A DNA stretch of 64,000 nt from Candidatus Brocadiia bacterium (GTDB taxonomy: Bacteria > Planctomycetota > Brocadiia > CAIUPP01): assembly GCA_050015075.1 (NCBI GenBank), contig JBEKCB010000004.1, positions 96,001 to 160,000 of the forward strand. Direction: 5' to 3'. The notes beneath the pieces were generated by a model, which was given only the letters and a program-made list of their open reading frames with translations, had not been told where the DNA came from and searched no databases. A program made the translations under genes and the position numbers. Each line of letters starts with the position of its first letter. Position 1 is the first letter of the stretch. Shown piece by piece: positions 9,726 to 18,057 of the stretch.

Positions 9726-10916
9726 ATGATGATCGGGCGGCGAGTCCTGACGACATGCGCTATCCTGCTGGCCGCGACTATTGCCGCCGGCGCTGACGAA
9801 GCGAAGCCGGCGCCCGCCAATCCTTACGTGCAATGGAAGAACGGGCCGCCGAAGGATGCCGGCTACTTCCCCATCGCCGTCTGGTGCCAGGTGCCGGGCG
9901 ATGCGGCCAGGTACAGGCAGGCGGGCATCAATCTTTACGTCGCCCTGTGGGATGGGCCGACCGAGGCCCAGCTTGCCGAGCTCAAGAAATGCGGAATGCA
10001 GGTCATCTGCGAGCAGAACGCCGTGGGCCTGGCCCATAAGGACGACCCGACTATTGTCGGCTGGCTGCAGCCCGACGAGCCCGACAATGCGCAGGAGCTT
10101 CCGGGAGGCAAGGGTTGGGGACTGCCCATCTCGCCGGCCGAGATTCATAAGGGCTACGACGCGATGCGCAAGGCGGATTCCACGCGGCCGGTGTACTGTG
10201 GCCTCGGCGTAGGTGTGGCCTGGGACGGCTGGTACGGCCGCAACGTGCCTGCGGATAAACGCGACGAATACGCCGAGCCGCAGTATCTTAAGGGATGTGA
10301 TATCGTCGGCTTCGACATCTATCCCGCGGCGTCGGGCGACGCGGCGGTCAAAGGCAAGCTGGATTTCGTCGCCCTGGGCGTCAGCCGGCTGTACAAATGG
10401 GCCGACGGAAAGAAGATCGTCTGGAATACCATCGAGTGCACGAACATCTCGGGCGCGGGCAAAGCGACGCCCAAGCAGGTCAAGGCGGAATTCTGGATGA
10501 GCCTGGTGCGCGGCAGCCAGGGAGTCCTCTATTTCTGCCATCAAATGGGCCCCAAGTTTGACGAGCACGCGCTGCTGGACGATCCGGAGATGCTCGCCGG
10601 GGTGACGGCGATCAACAAGCAGGTCCATGAGCTTGCGCCCGCGCTGAACAGCCCCACCGTCAAGGACGCGCTCAAAGTGGAATGCTCGAACCAGGCCGTG
10701 CCGGTGGCGACGATGGTGAAGAAGGAAGGCGGCGCGACGTACATCTTCGCCGTCGCCATGCAGCCGGGCGAGACGGAAGCCGCGTTCACCCTCGACGGAC
10801 TCCCCGCCGGCGCGAAGGTTGAAGTCATCGGCGAAAACCGGAAGATTGAGCCGGCGGACGGCAAGTTCAAGGACCGCTTCAGCGACTGGGACGTGCATCT
10901 CTACCGGATCAAGTAG
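9726..10916 (+). CDS. Secreted clan GH-A-like glycoside hydrolase, array copy 5
   Basis: Paralog; true start ATG 9726 after AAGGAG (the ORF-track extension to 9189 overlaps copy 4); QPDEPDN and WNTIECT. Confidence 0.7.
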   Translation: MMIGRRVLTTCAILLAATIAAGADEAKPAPANPYVQWKNGPPKDAGYFPIAVWCQVPGDAARYRQAGINLYVALWDGPTEAQLAELKKCGMQVICEQNAVGLAHKDDPTIVGWLQPDEPDNAQELPGGKGWGLPISPAEIHKGYDAMRKADSTRPVYCGLGVGVAWDGWYGRNVPADKRDEYAEPQYLKGCDIVGFDIYPAASGDAAVKGKLDFVALGVSRLYKWADGKKIVWNTIECTNISGAGKATPKQVKAEFWMSLVRGSQGVLYFCHQMGPKFDEHALLDDPEMLAGVTAINKQVHELAPALNSPTVKDALKVECSNQAVPVATMVKKEGGATYIFAVAMQPGETEAAFTLDGLPAGAKVEVIGENRKIEPADGKFKDRFSDWDVHLYRIK

Positions 10917-10927
10917 GAAAAGGAGAA

Positions 10928-12115
10928 ATGATGATCATCGGGCGGCAAGTCCTGACGACGTGCGCTCTCTTGCTGGCCGCCACCATTGCCGCCGGCGCGG
11001 ACGAGGCCAAGCCTCAGGGCTCCAGTCCGTACGTGCAATGGAAGAACGGGCCGCCGAAGGATGAGTCCTATTTCCCCATCGTCGTCTGGGACCAGGAGCC
11101 GAGCGATGCGCCCCGGTACCAGAAGGCGGGCTTCAATCTTTACAACGGCCTGTGGATGGGGCCGACCGAAGCCCAGCTCGCCGAGCTCAAGAAACACGGA
11201 ATGCACGTCATCTGCGACCAGAACGCCGTGGGCCTGGCTCATAAGGACGACCCGATCATTGTCGGCTGGCTGCAGGAGGACGAGCCTGACAATTCCCAGT
11301 CGCTGCCCGGAGGCAAAGGCTACGGACCGCCTATTCTGCCAGCTAAGATCATTAAGATATACGAAGCGATGCGCAAGGCGGATCCCACGCGGCCGGTGTT
11401 CCTGGGTTTCGGCCAGTCGGTGGCCTGGGACGGCTATAATGGCCGTGGCGAGCGCAGCGGGCATCCCGAGGACTACGCCGAGTACGCCAAGGGAGGCGAC
11501 ATCGTCGCGTTCGACGTCTACCCCGTGTCGCACGGAGAACGGGAGATCAAAGGCAAGCCGGAGTACGTCGGCCTGGGCGTCGAGCGGCTGGTCAAGTGGA
11601 CCGGAGGACGCAAGATCGTCTGGAACACCGTCGAATGCACCGCGATTGACGGGGCCGGCAAGGCGACGCCCAAGCAGGTCAAAGCGGAAGTCTGGATGAG
11701 CCTGGTGCACGGGAGCCAGGGAATTCAGTATTTCGTCCATGAATTCAAGCCGAGAGAGAACGACCACGCGCTCCTGGATGACCCGAAGATGCTCGCCGCG
11801 GTGACGGCGATCAACAAGCAGATCCATGAACTCGCGCCGGCGCTGAACAGCCCCACCGTCAAGGACGCGCTGAAGGTGGAGTCCTCGAACAAGGACGTGC
11901 CGGTGGCGGCCATGGTGAAGAAGCACGGCGGCGCGACCTATGTCTTCGCCGTCCCCATGAAGGCCGGCGCCACGGAAGCCGTCATCACCCTCGACGGTCT
12001 TCCTGCCGGCGCGAAGGTCGAAGTCCTCGGCGAGGACCGGAAGATCGAGCCGGCGGATGGCAAGTTTCAGGACCACTTCGGCGACTGGGACGTGCACCTC
12101 TATCGGATCAAGTAG
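10928..12115 (+). CDS. Secreted clan GH-A-like glycoside hydrolase, array copy 6
   Basis: Paralog; QEDEPDN and WNTVECT; AAGGAG RBS. Confidence 0.7.
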   Translation: MMIIGRQVLTTCALLLAATIAAGADEAKPQGSSPYVQWKNGPPKDESYFPIVVWDQEPSDAPRYQKAGFNLYNGLWMGPTEAQLAELKKHGMHVICDQNAVGLAHKDDPIIVGWLQEDEPDNSQSLPGGKGYGPPILPAKIIKIYEAMRKADPTRPVFLGFGQSVAWDGYNGRGERSGHPEDYAEYAKGGDIVAFDVYPVSHGEREIKGKPEYVGLGVERLVKWTGGRKIVWNTVECTAIDGAGKATPKQVKAEVWMSLVHGSQGIQYFVHEFKPRENDHALLDDPKMLAAVTAINKQIHELAPALNSPTVKDALKVESSNKDVPVAAMVKKHGGATYVFAVPMKAGATEAVITLDGLPAGAKVEVLGEDRKIEPADGKFQDHFGDWDVHLYRIK

Positions 12116-12221
12116 GCGCCGGTCTTCGCGCTGACCGCGACCGGCGTCATGGCCTTAATGAGTTACAGCCGCAAAGCGGCGCAGGAAGGCCCTGCCTGTC
12201 CAAGCCACAAAGGAGCTGGAG

Positions 12222-13502
12222 ATGGCGGCGATGCAGATGATGGCTTTATGCCCGGCGTTCCTGACGCTCTTCGCCGCATCCCGCGCGATGGCTGAGAACC
12301 CGGCGTGGCCCGTCAAGGTCAGCCCGAACGGACGCTATTTCGTCGGCCAGGACGGCAAGCCGATCTTCTGGCTCGGCACAACCCAATGGGAACTCTTCCA
12401 CGGATATACTCTCGAGGACGCCCGGACGATCCTGCATCAGACCCGCAGCCATGGATTCACCTTCGTCCAGGTGATGCTCCTGGGCGTAAGCGACGGCACG
12501 AAGCCCAACGTGTACGGCGAGAAGCCCTGGATCAATGACAATCCGCTCACGCCGAACGAGGCGTACTTCAGGAACGTGGATGCCGTCGTGAAGGCCGCAC
12601 GCGCCGAGAACCTGACCATCCTGTTGACTACATACCATCAGAGCTGGCGCAAGTACATCACGGTGGAGAACGCGCGGGCCTGGACGAAATGGGTCTCGGC
12701 GCGTTACAAGGACGCGCCGAACATGGCCTGGACGATGAACCCGCAGGCGAAAGAGGAGTTCATCCCCGTCATCCGCGAGCTGGTTGCGGGCCTGCGAGAG
12801 GGAGACGACGGGCGCCACCTGATCAGCGCGAAGCCGGATCCCTCGCCTTTTTCGTCCAGCTTCGTCCACCCGGAGCCGTTGTTCGATTTCAACGCGATGC
12901 AGACCTGGAATGCCGTCCAGCTCATCTACCCCATGGTGACGCACGACTACCAGCTCAAGCCGGTGAAGCCCGTGCTCATGGCGGAAGGCGCGTACGAGGC
13001 GGGCTCCGAATACGGGTTCGAGGTCACGCCGCTCTGGGTTCGGCGGCAGGCCTACTACTCCTACCTGGCCGGCGCGCACCATACCTATGGGCATAACGCC
13101 AGTTGGCGCGTTCTGCCGAGTTGGAAGTCGGCGCTGGATGCGCCCGGCGCGCAACAGATGGGCATCCTCCGCAAGGTGTTCGAAGCGCGCGCGGAGTGGT
13201 GGCTGCTGGCGCCCGATCAATCCCTTTTCGCCGACGGCGGCCAGACGGAGGGTCAGATCCTTCACCTGGCGGCGCGGCACCAGGGCGGCAAATGGGCGAT
13301 GCTCTATCTCGCGGACAAGGCCGAGTTCAGCGTGGACCTCAGCAAGCTGAAAGGGCCCGGAGTCAGCGCCTTCTGGTGCAATCCGCAGTCGGGCGATAAG
13401 ACGCCGATCGAGCCGCTGACGAACAAGGAAGTGAAGCGCTTCTCAACGCCCGAAGGCTGGGAGGACGCTCTCCTGATCCTGGAGACAAAGGAGGAACGAT
13501 GA
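12222..13502 (+). CDS. DUF4038 / GH140 (apiosidase-like) secreted glycoside hydrolase with C-terminal collagen-binding-like domain
   Basis: Signal peptide; VKVSPNGRYFV..DGKPIFWLGTTQW, KPVLMAEGAYE, VRRQAY...HTYG, FWCNPQSG...FSTPEGWEDALLIL. Confidence 0.75.
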   Translation: MAAMQMMALCPAFLTLFAASRAMAENPAWPVKVSPNGRYFVGQDGKPIFWLGTTQWELFHGYTLEDARTILHQTRSHGFTFVQVMLLGVSDGTKPNVYGEKPWINDNPLTPNEAYFRNVDAVVKAARAENLTILLTTYHQSWRKYITVENARAWTKWVSARYKDAPNMAWTMNPQAKEEFIPVIRELVAGLREGDDGRHLISAKPDPSPFSSSFVHPEPLFDFNAMQTWNAVQLIYPMVTHDYQLKPVKPVLMAEGAYEAGSEYGFEVTPLWVRRQAYYSYLAGAHHTYGHNASWRVLPSWKSALDAPGAQQMGILRKVFEARAEWWLLAPDQSLFADGGQTEGQILHLAARHQGGKWAMLYLADKAEFSVDLSKLKGPGVSAFWCNPQSGDKTPIEPLTNKEVKRFSTPEGWEDALLILETKEER

Positions 13503-14680
13503 TGATGTGGCAACGTGTGCTGGCGACCTCCGTTATCCTGCTGGCGGCGGCCCTTGCCGCCGGCGCCGACGAAGCGCAACCCGAAGCGCCCGGTCCCTAT
13601 GCGCAATGGAAGAATGGGCCGGGAAAGGATGCTTCCTACTTCCCGCTCGCCGTCTGGGCGCAGGAGCCGCGCGATGCGGCCGGGTACAAGAAGGCGGGTA
13701 TCAATCTTTACATCGGCCTGGAGGGGCAACCCGACGCCGCGCTCGCAGAGTTGAAGAAAGCGGGGATGCCGGTCATCTGCGACCAGAATGCAAGGACTCT
13801 GGCCCACAAGGACGATCCGATCATCGTCGGCTGGATGCACGGCGACGAACCCGACAACGCCCAGGAGGTGCCCGGAAGCAAAGGCTACGGGCCGCCCGTG
13901 CTGCCGGCCAAGATCATCGCGGAGTACGAAGCGTTCCGCAAGGCGGATCCTTCCCGGCCGGTGCTGCTCAATCTCGGCCGATGCGTGGCCTGCGACGACC
14001 TGCCTGACCGCGACGGCCGTAGCCATCACCCGGAGGATTATCCCGAATACCTCAAAGGCTGCGACATCGGCTCGTTCGACATTTACCCCGTGGCGCATTC
14101 GTCCCCGCCGTACGCCGGCAAGCTGGATTTCGTCGGCACGGGCGTCGAGCGGCTGATCAAGTGGACCGACGGGCGCAAGCCTGTCTGGAACTGCATGGAA
14201 TGCACGCGGATCCACGGAGAAGACAAGCCGACGCCCAAGCAGGTCAAAGCGGAAATCTGGATCGGCCTGGTGCACGGGAGCCAGGGAATCATCTACTTCT
14301 GCCATCAGTTCCTGCCCAAGGAGGACGACCACGCGCTCCTGGACGATCCGCCGATGCTCGCCGCGGTCGGGGCGATCAACAAGGAGATCCTGGAACTGGC
14401 GCCGGCGCTGAACAGCCCCACTGTCAAGGACGCACTCAAGGTGGAATCCTCGAACGCCGAGGTGCCGCTGGCGACGATGGTCAAGAAGCAAGGCGGCGCG
14501 ACCTACATCTTTGCCGTCACCATGAAACCCGGCGAGACGCAAGCCGTCTACACCCTCGAGGGCCTCCCTGCCGGCGCGCAGGTCGAAGTCCTGGGCGAAA
14601 ACCGGAAGATCGAGCCGGTGAAGGGCAAGTTCAAGGACCACTTCGGCCACTGGGACGTGCATCTCTATCGGATCAAGTAG
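13499..14680 (+). CDS. Secreted clan GH-A-like glycoside hydrolase, array copy 7
   Basis: Paralog; ATGA overlap with the DUF4038 gene; HGDEPDN and WNCMECT. Confidence 0.7.
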   Translation: MMMWQRVLATSVILLAAALAAGADEAQPEAPGPYAQWKNGPGKDASYFPLAVWAQEPRDAAGYKKAGINLYIGLEGQPDAALAELKKAGMPVICDQNARTLAHKDDPIIVGWMHGDEPDNAQEVPGSKGYGPPVLPAKIIAEYEAFRKADPSRPVLLNLGRCVACDDLPDRDGRSHHPEDYPEYLKGCDIGSFDIYPVAHSSPPYAGKLDFVGTGVERLIKWTDGRKPVWNCMECTRIHGEDKPTPKQVKAEIWIGLVHGSQGIIYFCHQFLPKEDDHALLDDPPMLAAVGAINKEILELAPALNSPTVKDALKVESSNAEVPLATMVKKQGGATYIFAVTMKPGETQAVYTLEGLPAGAQVEVLGENRKIEPVKGKFKDHFGHWDVHLYRIK

Positions 14681-14702
14681 ACAACCAAGGAGGAAGAAGA
14701 CG

Positions 14703-15884
14703 ATGTGGCAGCGAGTTCTGACGACCGCCGCCGTGATTCTGTCCGCGACGATGGCCGCAGGCGCCGACGAAACGAAACCTGAGTTCGTCAGTCCCTATGC
14801 GCAATGGAAGAACGGGCCGTCGAAGGATGACTCCTTCTTCCCCATCGGCGTCTGTACGCAGGAGCCGAGCGATGCGCCCAGGTACCAGAAGGCGGGCATC
14901 AATTTTTACGAGGGCCTGTGGAAGGGGCCGACCGAAGCCCAGCTCGCCGAGCTCAAGAAATGGGGAATGTCGGTCTCGTGCAGCCAGAATGCCGTGGGCC
15001 TCGCCCACAAGGACGATCCGATCATCATCGCCTGGGAGATCGAAGAGGACGAACCCGACAACGCCCAGGCGCTCCCGGCAGGCAATGACTACGGGCCGCC
15101 GATATTGCCGGTCAAGGTCGTCCAGGAGTACGAAGCGATCCGCAAGGCGGATCCCACGCGGCCGGTGTTCCTCTGTCTCGGCCAGGGCGTGGCCTGGGAC
15201 GGCTGGGTCGGCCGCGGCGTGCGCACCAATCACCCCGAGGACTACCCCGAGTACGCCAAGGCGTGCGACATCGCCGCGTATGACATCTACCCCGCGGCGC
15301 ACACGAACCCGCAGGTCAAAGGCAAGCTGGATTTCGTCGCCCGGGGCGTCGAGCGGCTGGTCAAGTGGACCGGCGGACGCAAGCCGGTCTGGAACGCCAT
15401 CGAATGCACGCGCATCAATTCGGACACCAAGGCGACGCCCAAGCAGGTCAAGGCGGAAGTCTGGATGAGCCTGGTCCACGGCGCCGCCGGAATCCTGTAT
15501 TTCGTCCATGAATGGAAGCCCAAGTTCGACGAGCACGCGCTGCTGGACGATCCCGAGATGCTCGCGGCGGTGACGGCGATCAACGGGCAGATCAGGGAAC
15601 TCGCCCCGGCGTTGAACAGCCCCACTTTCAAGGACGCGCTCAAGGTGGAATCCTCGAACACGGGCGTGCCGGTGGCGGCCATGGTGAAGAGGCGCGGCGG
15701 CGCGACGTACGTCTTTGCCGTCGCCATGAAGCCCGGCGCGACGGAAGCCGCCTTCACACTCGAAGGTCTCCCTGCCGGCGCGCAGGTTGAAGTCATCGGC
15801 GAAAACCGGAAGATCGAGCCGGCGGGCGGCGAGTTCAAGGACCGTTTCGGCGACTGGGACGTGCATCTCTACCGGATCAAGTAG
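14703..15884 (+). CDS. Secreted clan GH-A-like glycoside hydrolase, array copy 8
   Basis: Paralog; WEIEEDEPDN (one-residue insertion) and WNAIECT; AAGGAGG RBS. Confidence 0.7.
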   Translation: MWQRVLTTAAVILSATMAAGADETKPEFVSPYAQWKNGPSKDDSFFPIGVCTQEPSDAPRYQKAGINFYEGLWKGPTEAQLAELKKWGMSVSCSQNAVGLAHKDDPIIIAWEIEEDEPDNAQALPAGNDYGPPILPVKVVQEYEAIRKADPTRPVFLCLGQGVAWDGWVGRGVRTNHPEDYPEYAKACDIAAYDIYPAAHTNPQVKGKLDFVARGVERLVKWTGGRKPVWNAIECTRINSDTKATPKQVKAEVWMSLVHGAAGILYFVHEWKPKFDEHALLDDPEMLAAVTAINGQIRELAPALNSPTFKDALKVESSNTGVPVAAMVKRRGGATYVFAVAMKPGATEAAFTLEGLPAGAQVEVIGENRKIEPAGGEFKDRFGDWDVHLYRIK

Positions 15885-15904
15885 ACAACCAAGGAGGAAC
15901 GAAG

Positions 15905-17083
15905 ATGATGTGGCACCGAGTCCTGACGACAGGCGTTTTAGTGCTGGCCGCGACCATTGCCGCCGGCGCCGACGAGGCTAAACCCGAGGCCGCCGGTCCC
16001 TACGCGCAATGGCAGAACGGGCCGCCGAAGGATGACTCCTATTTTCCGCTCGCGGTCTGGGCGCAGGAGCCGAGCGACGCGCCGAGGTATCAGAAGGCGG
16101 GCATCAATCTGTTCATCGGCCTGGAGGGGCGCGCCGATTCCGCACTCGCCGAGCTGAAGAAATATGGAATGCACGTCATCTGCGGCCAGGATGCTCGGAC
16201 TATGGCCCACAAGGACGATCCGACCATTGTCGGCTGGATGCAGGGCGACGAACCCGACAATGCCCAGGACCTGCCGGGACACAATGGCTACGGGCCGCCC
16301 ATATTGCCGGCCAAGATCATTGCGAAATACGAAGCGATGCGCAAGGCGGATCCAACCCGGCCGGTGTTCCTCAATCTCGGCCGGGCCACGGCCTGGGATG
16401 AGCTTCCCGACCGCGGCGAGCGCAGCAGGCATCCCGAGGACTACGTCGAGTACGTCAAGGGATGCGACATCGCCTCGTTCGACATCTACCCGGTGGCGCA
16501 GAACGACCCGAAGGTCAAGAACAAGCTGGAGTTCGTCGGCAAGGGCGTCGAGCGGCTGGTCAAGTTCACCGACGGGCGCAAGCCGGTCTGGAACTGCATC
16601 GAATGCACGCGGATTGACGGCGGCGACAAGGCGTCGCCCAAACAGGTCAAGGCGGAAGTCTGGATCGCCCTGGTGCATGGGAGCCACGGAATCGTCTATT
16701 TCTGCCATGCCTTCAAGCCCACAGAGGATGACCACGCGATCCTGGACGATCCCGAGAACCTCGCCGCGGTGACGGCGATCAACGGGCAGATCCGGGAACT
16801 CGCCCCTGCGCTGAACAGCCCCACCATCAAGGGCGCGCTCAAGGTGGAATCCTCGAACGAGGACTTGCCGGTGGCGGCCATGGTGAAGAAGCACGGCGGC
16901 GCGACCTACGTCTTCGCCGTCGCCATGAAGCCCGGCGAGACGGAAGCCAGCTTCACCCTCGAGGGTCTCCCGGCCGGCGCGAAGGTCGAAGTCCTCGGCG
17001 AGGGCCGGAAGATCGAGCCGGCCGACGGCAAGTTCAAGGACGCCTTCAAGGACTGGGACGTCCACCTCTATCGGATCAAGTGA
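15905..17083 (+). CDS. Secreted clan GH-A-like glycoside hydrolase, array copy 9
   Basis: Paralog; QGDEPDN and WNCIECT; upstream spacer TAGACAACCAAGGAGGAA identical to the one before copy 8. Confidence 0.7.
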   Translation: MMWHRVLTTGVLVLAATIAAGADEAKPEAAGPYAQWQNGPPKDDSYFPLAVWAQEPSDAPRYQKAGINLFIGLEGRADSALAELKKYGMHVICGQDARTMAHKDDPTIVGWMQGDEPDNAQDLPGHNGYGPPILPAKIIAKYEAMRKADPTRPVFLNLGRATAWDELPDRGERSRHPEDYVEYVKGCDIASFDIYPVAQNDPKVKNKLEFVGKGVERLVKFTDGRKPVWNCIECTRIDGGDKASPKQVKAEVWIALVHGSHGIVYFCHAFKPTEDDHAILDDPENLAAVTAINGQIRELAPALNSPTIKGALKVESSNEDLPVAAMVKKHGGATYVFAVAMKPGETEASFTLEGLPAGAKVEVLGEGRKIEPADGKFKDAFKDWDVHLYRIK

Positions 17084-17146
17084 AGCAGGTTCGTGACAGC
17101 CGCGGACCGCCGGTCACCTGAAAACCATGGTTGAAAAAGAAAAGCG

Positions 17147-18013
17147 GTGAAAACGAAGCACTGGGCTGCCGTTGCTCTATGCACGGGACTGATCGCCGCG
17201 TTCACCGCCGTCATTGCGCTCAATTACGGCCTCTTTTCACCGGGCCATGTCCAGGCGCTGTCCCGCGCCTGGTTCATGGTGCTGGTCGCGGCCTTCCTGA
17301 CCGGCTACATTGACACCTGCGTCGGCGGCGGCCACGGCACGCTGCTGACTCCGGTCCTCATTCTCCTGGGATTCACGGCCGCGATGGTGGTCCCGGCCGT
17401 TCTCCTGTCTGAGATCGCCATCGGCATCCTGGCCACCATCCTGAATCACCGCGCGGGCAACATTCGCCTGGCGCAGGGCGAGCAGCACCGCCGCGTGCTT
17501 CTCGTGCTGGCCGCGTGCTCGCTGGTCGGCTCGTTCATCGCGGTGACGGTGGCCATGCAGGCGCCGCCGAAATGGGTCAACGCCTACATCGGCATGATGA
17601 TCATGGCAGTGGGAGTTCTGCTCCTGGCGGGACGAGGGATTCCCCGCAAGTTCTCGATGCGGCGGATCGCGGTCCTGGGCACGATCGCCGCGTTCAACAA
17701 GGGCCTGTCCGGCGGCGGCTACGGGCCCCTGCTCACCAGCGGCCAGATTCTCTCGGGAGTGGGCGAGAAAGGCGCGGTGAGCATCACGCCGCCCGCCCGC
17801 GGGTTGACCAGCCTGTTCGCGGTGACGCTGTACTTCGCGGCCAGGGGCCGCCTGGAATTGAACTTGGCCGCCCCGCTCATTATCGGCTCCCTGCTGGCGA
17901 TGCCGGCGGCCGTCGGCACGATTACCTGGATCGAGGCCCCGATGCTGCGGAAAGGCATCACCGTGGCCACCCTGATCCTCGGCGCACTGCTCGTGATCAA
18001 GGCGTTTCATTGA
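17147..18013 (+). CDS. TauE/SafE (TSUP) family sulfite-exporter-like membrane protein
   Basis: Multiple TM helices; IDTCVGGGHGTLLTPVLILLG and FNKGLSGGGYGP internal-repeat motifs. Confidence 0.8.
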   Translation: MKTKHWAAVALCTGLIAAFTAVIALNYGLFSPGHVQALSRAWFMVLVAAFLTGYIDTCVGGGHGTLLTPVLILLGFTAAMVVPAVLLSEIAIGILATILNHRAGNIRLAQGEQHRRVLLVLAACSLVGSFIAVTVAMQAPPKWVNAYIGMMIMAVGVLLLAGRGIPRKFSMRRIAVLGTIAAFNKGLSGGGYGPLLTSGQILSGVGEKGAVSITPPARGLTSLFAVTLYFAARGRLELNLAAPLIIGSLLAMPAAVGTITWIEAPMLRKGITVATLILGALLVIKAFH

Positions 18014-18057
18014 ACGGTATTCCGGGAAACACGACCCGCATGGAAATGGAGAGACTC

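Noticed and set aside
4882-17083. Integron cassette array or CRISPR array
   Set aside because: Spacers between copies are mostly 11-22 nt of RBS with no attC hairpins or integrase; the repeats are whole genes, not repeat-spacer units, and no cas genes are present.
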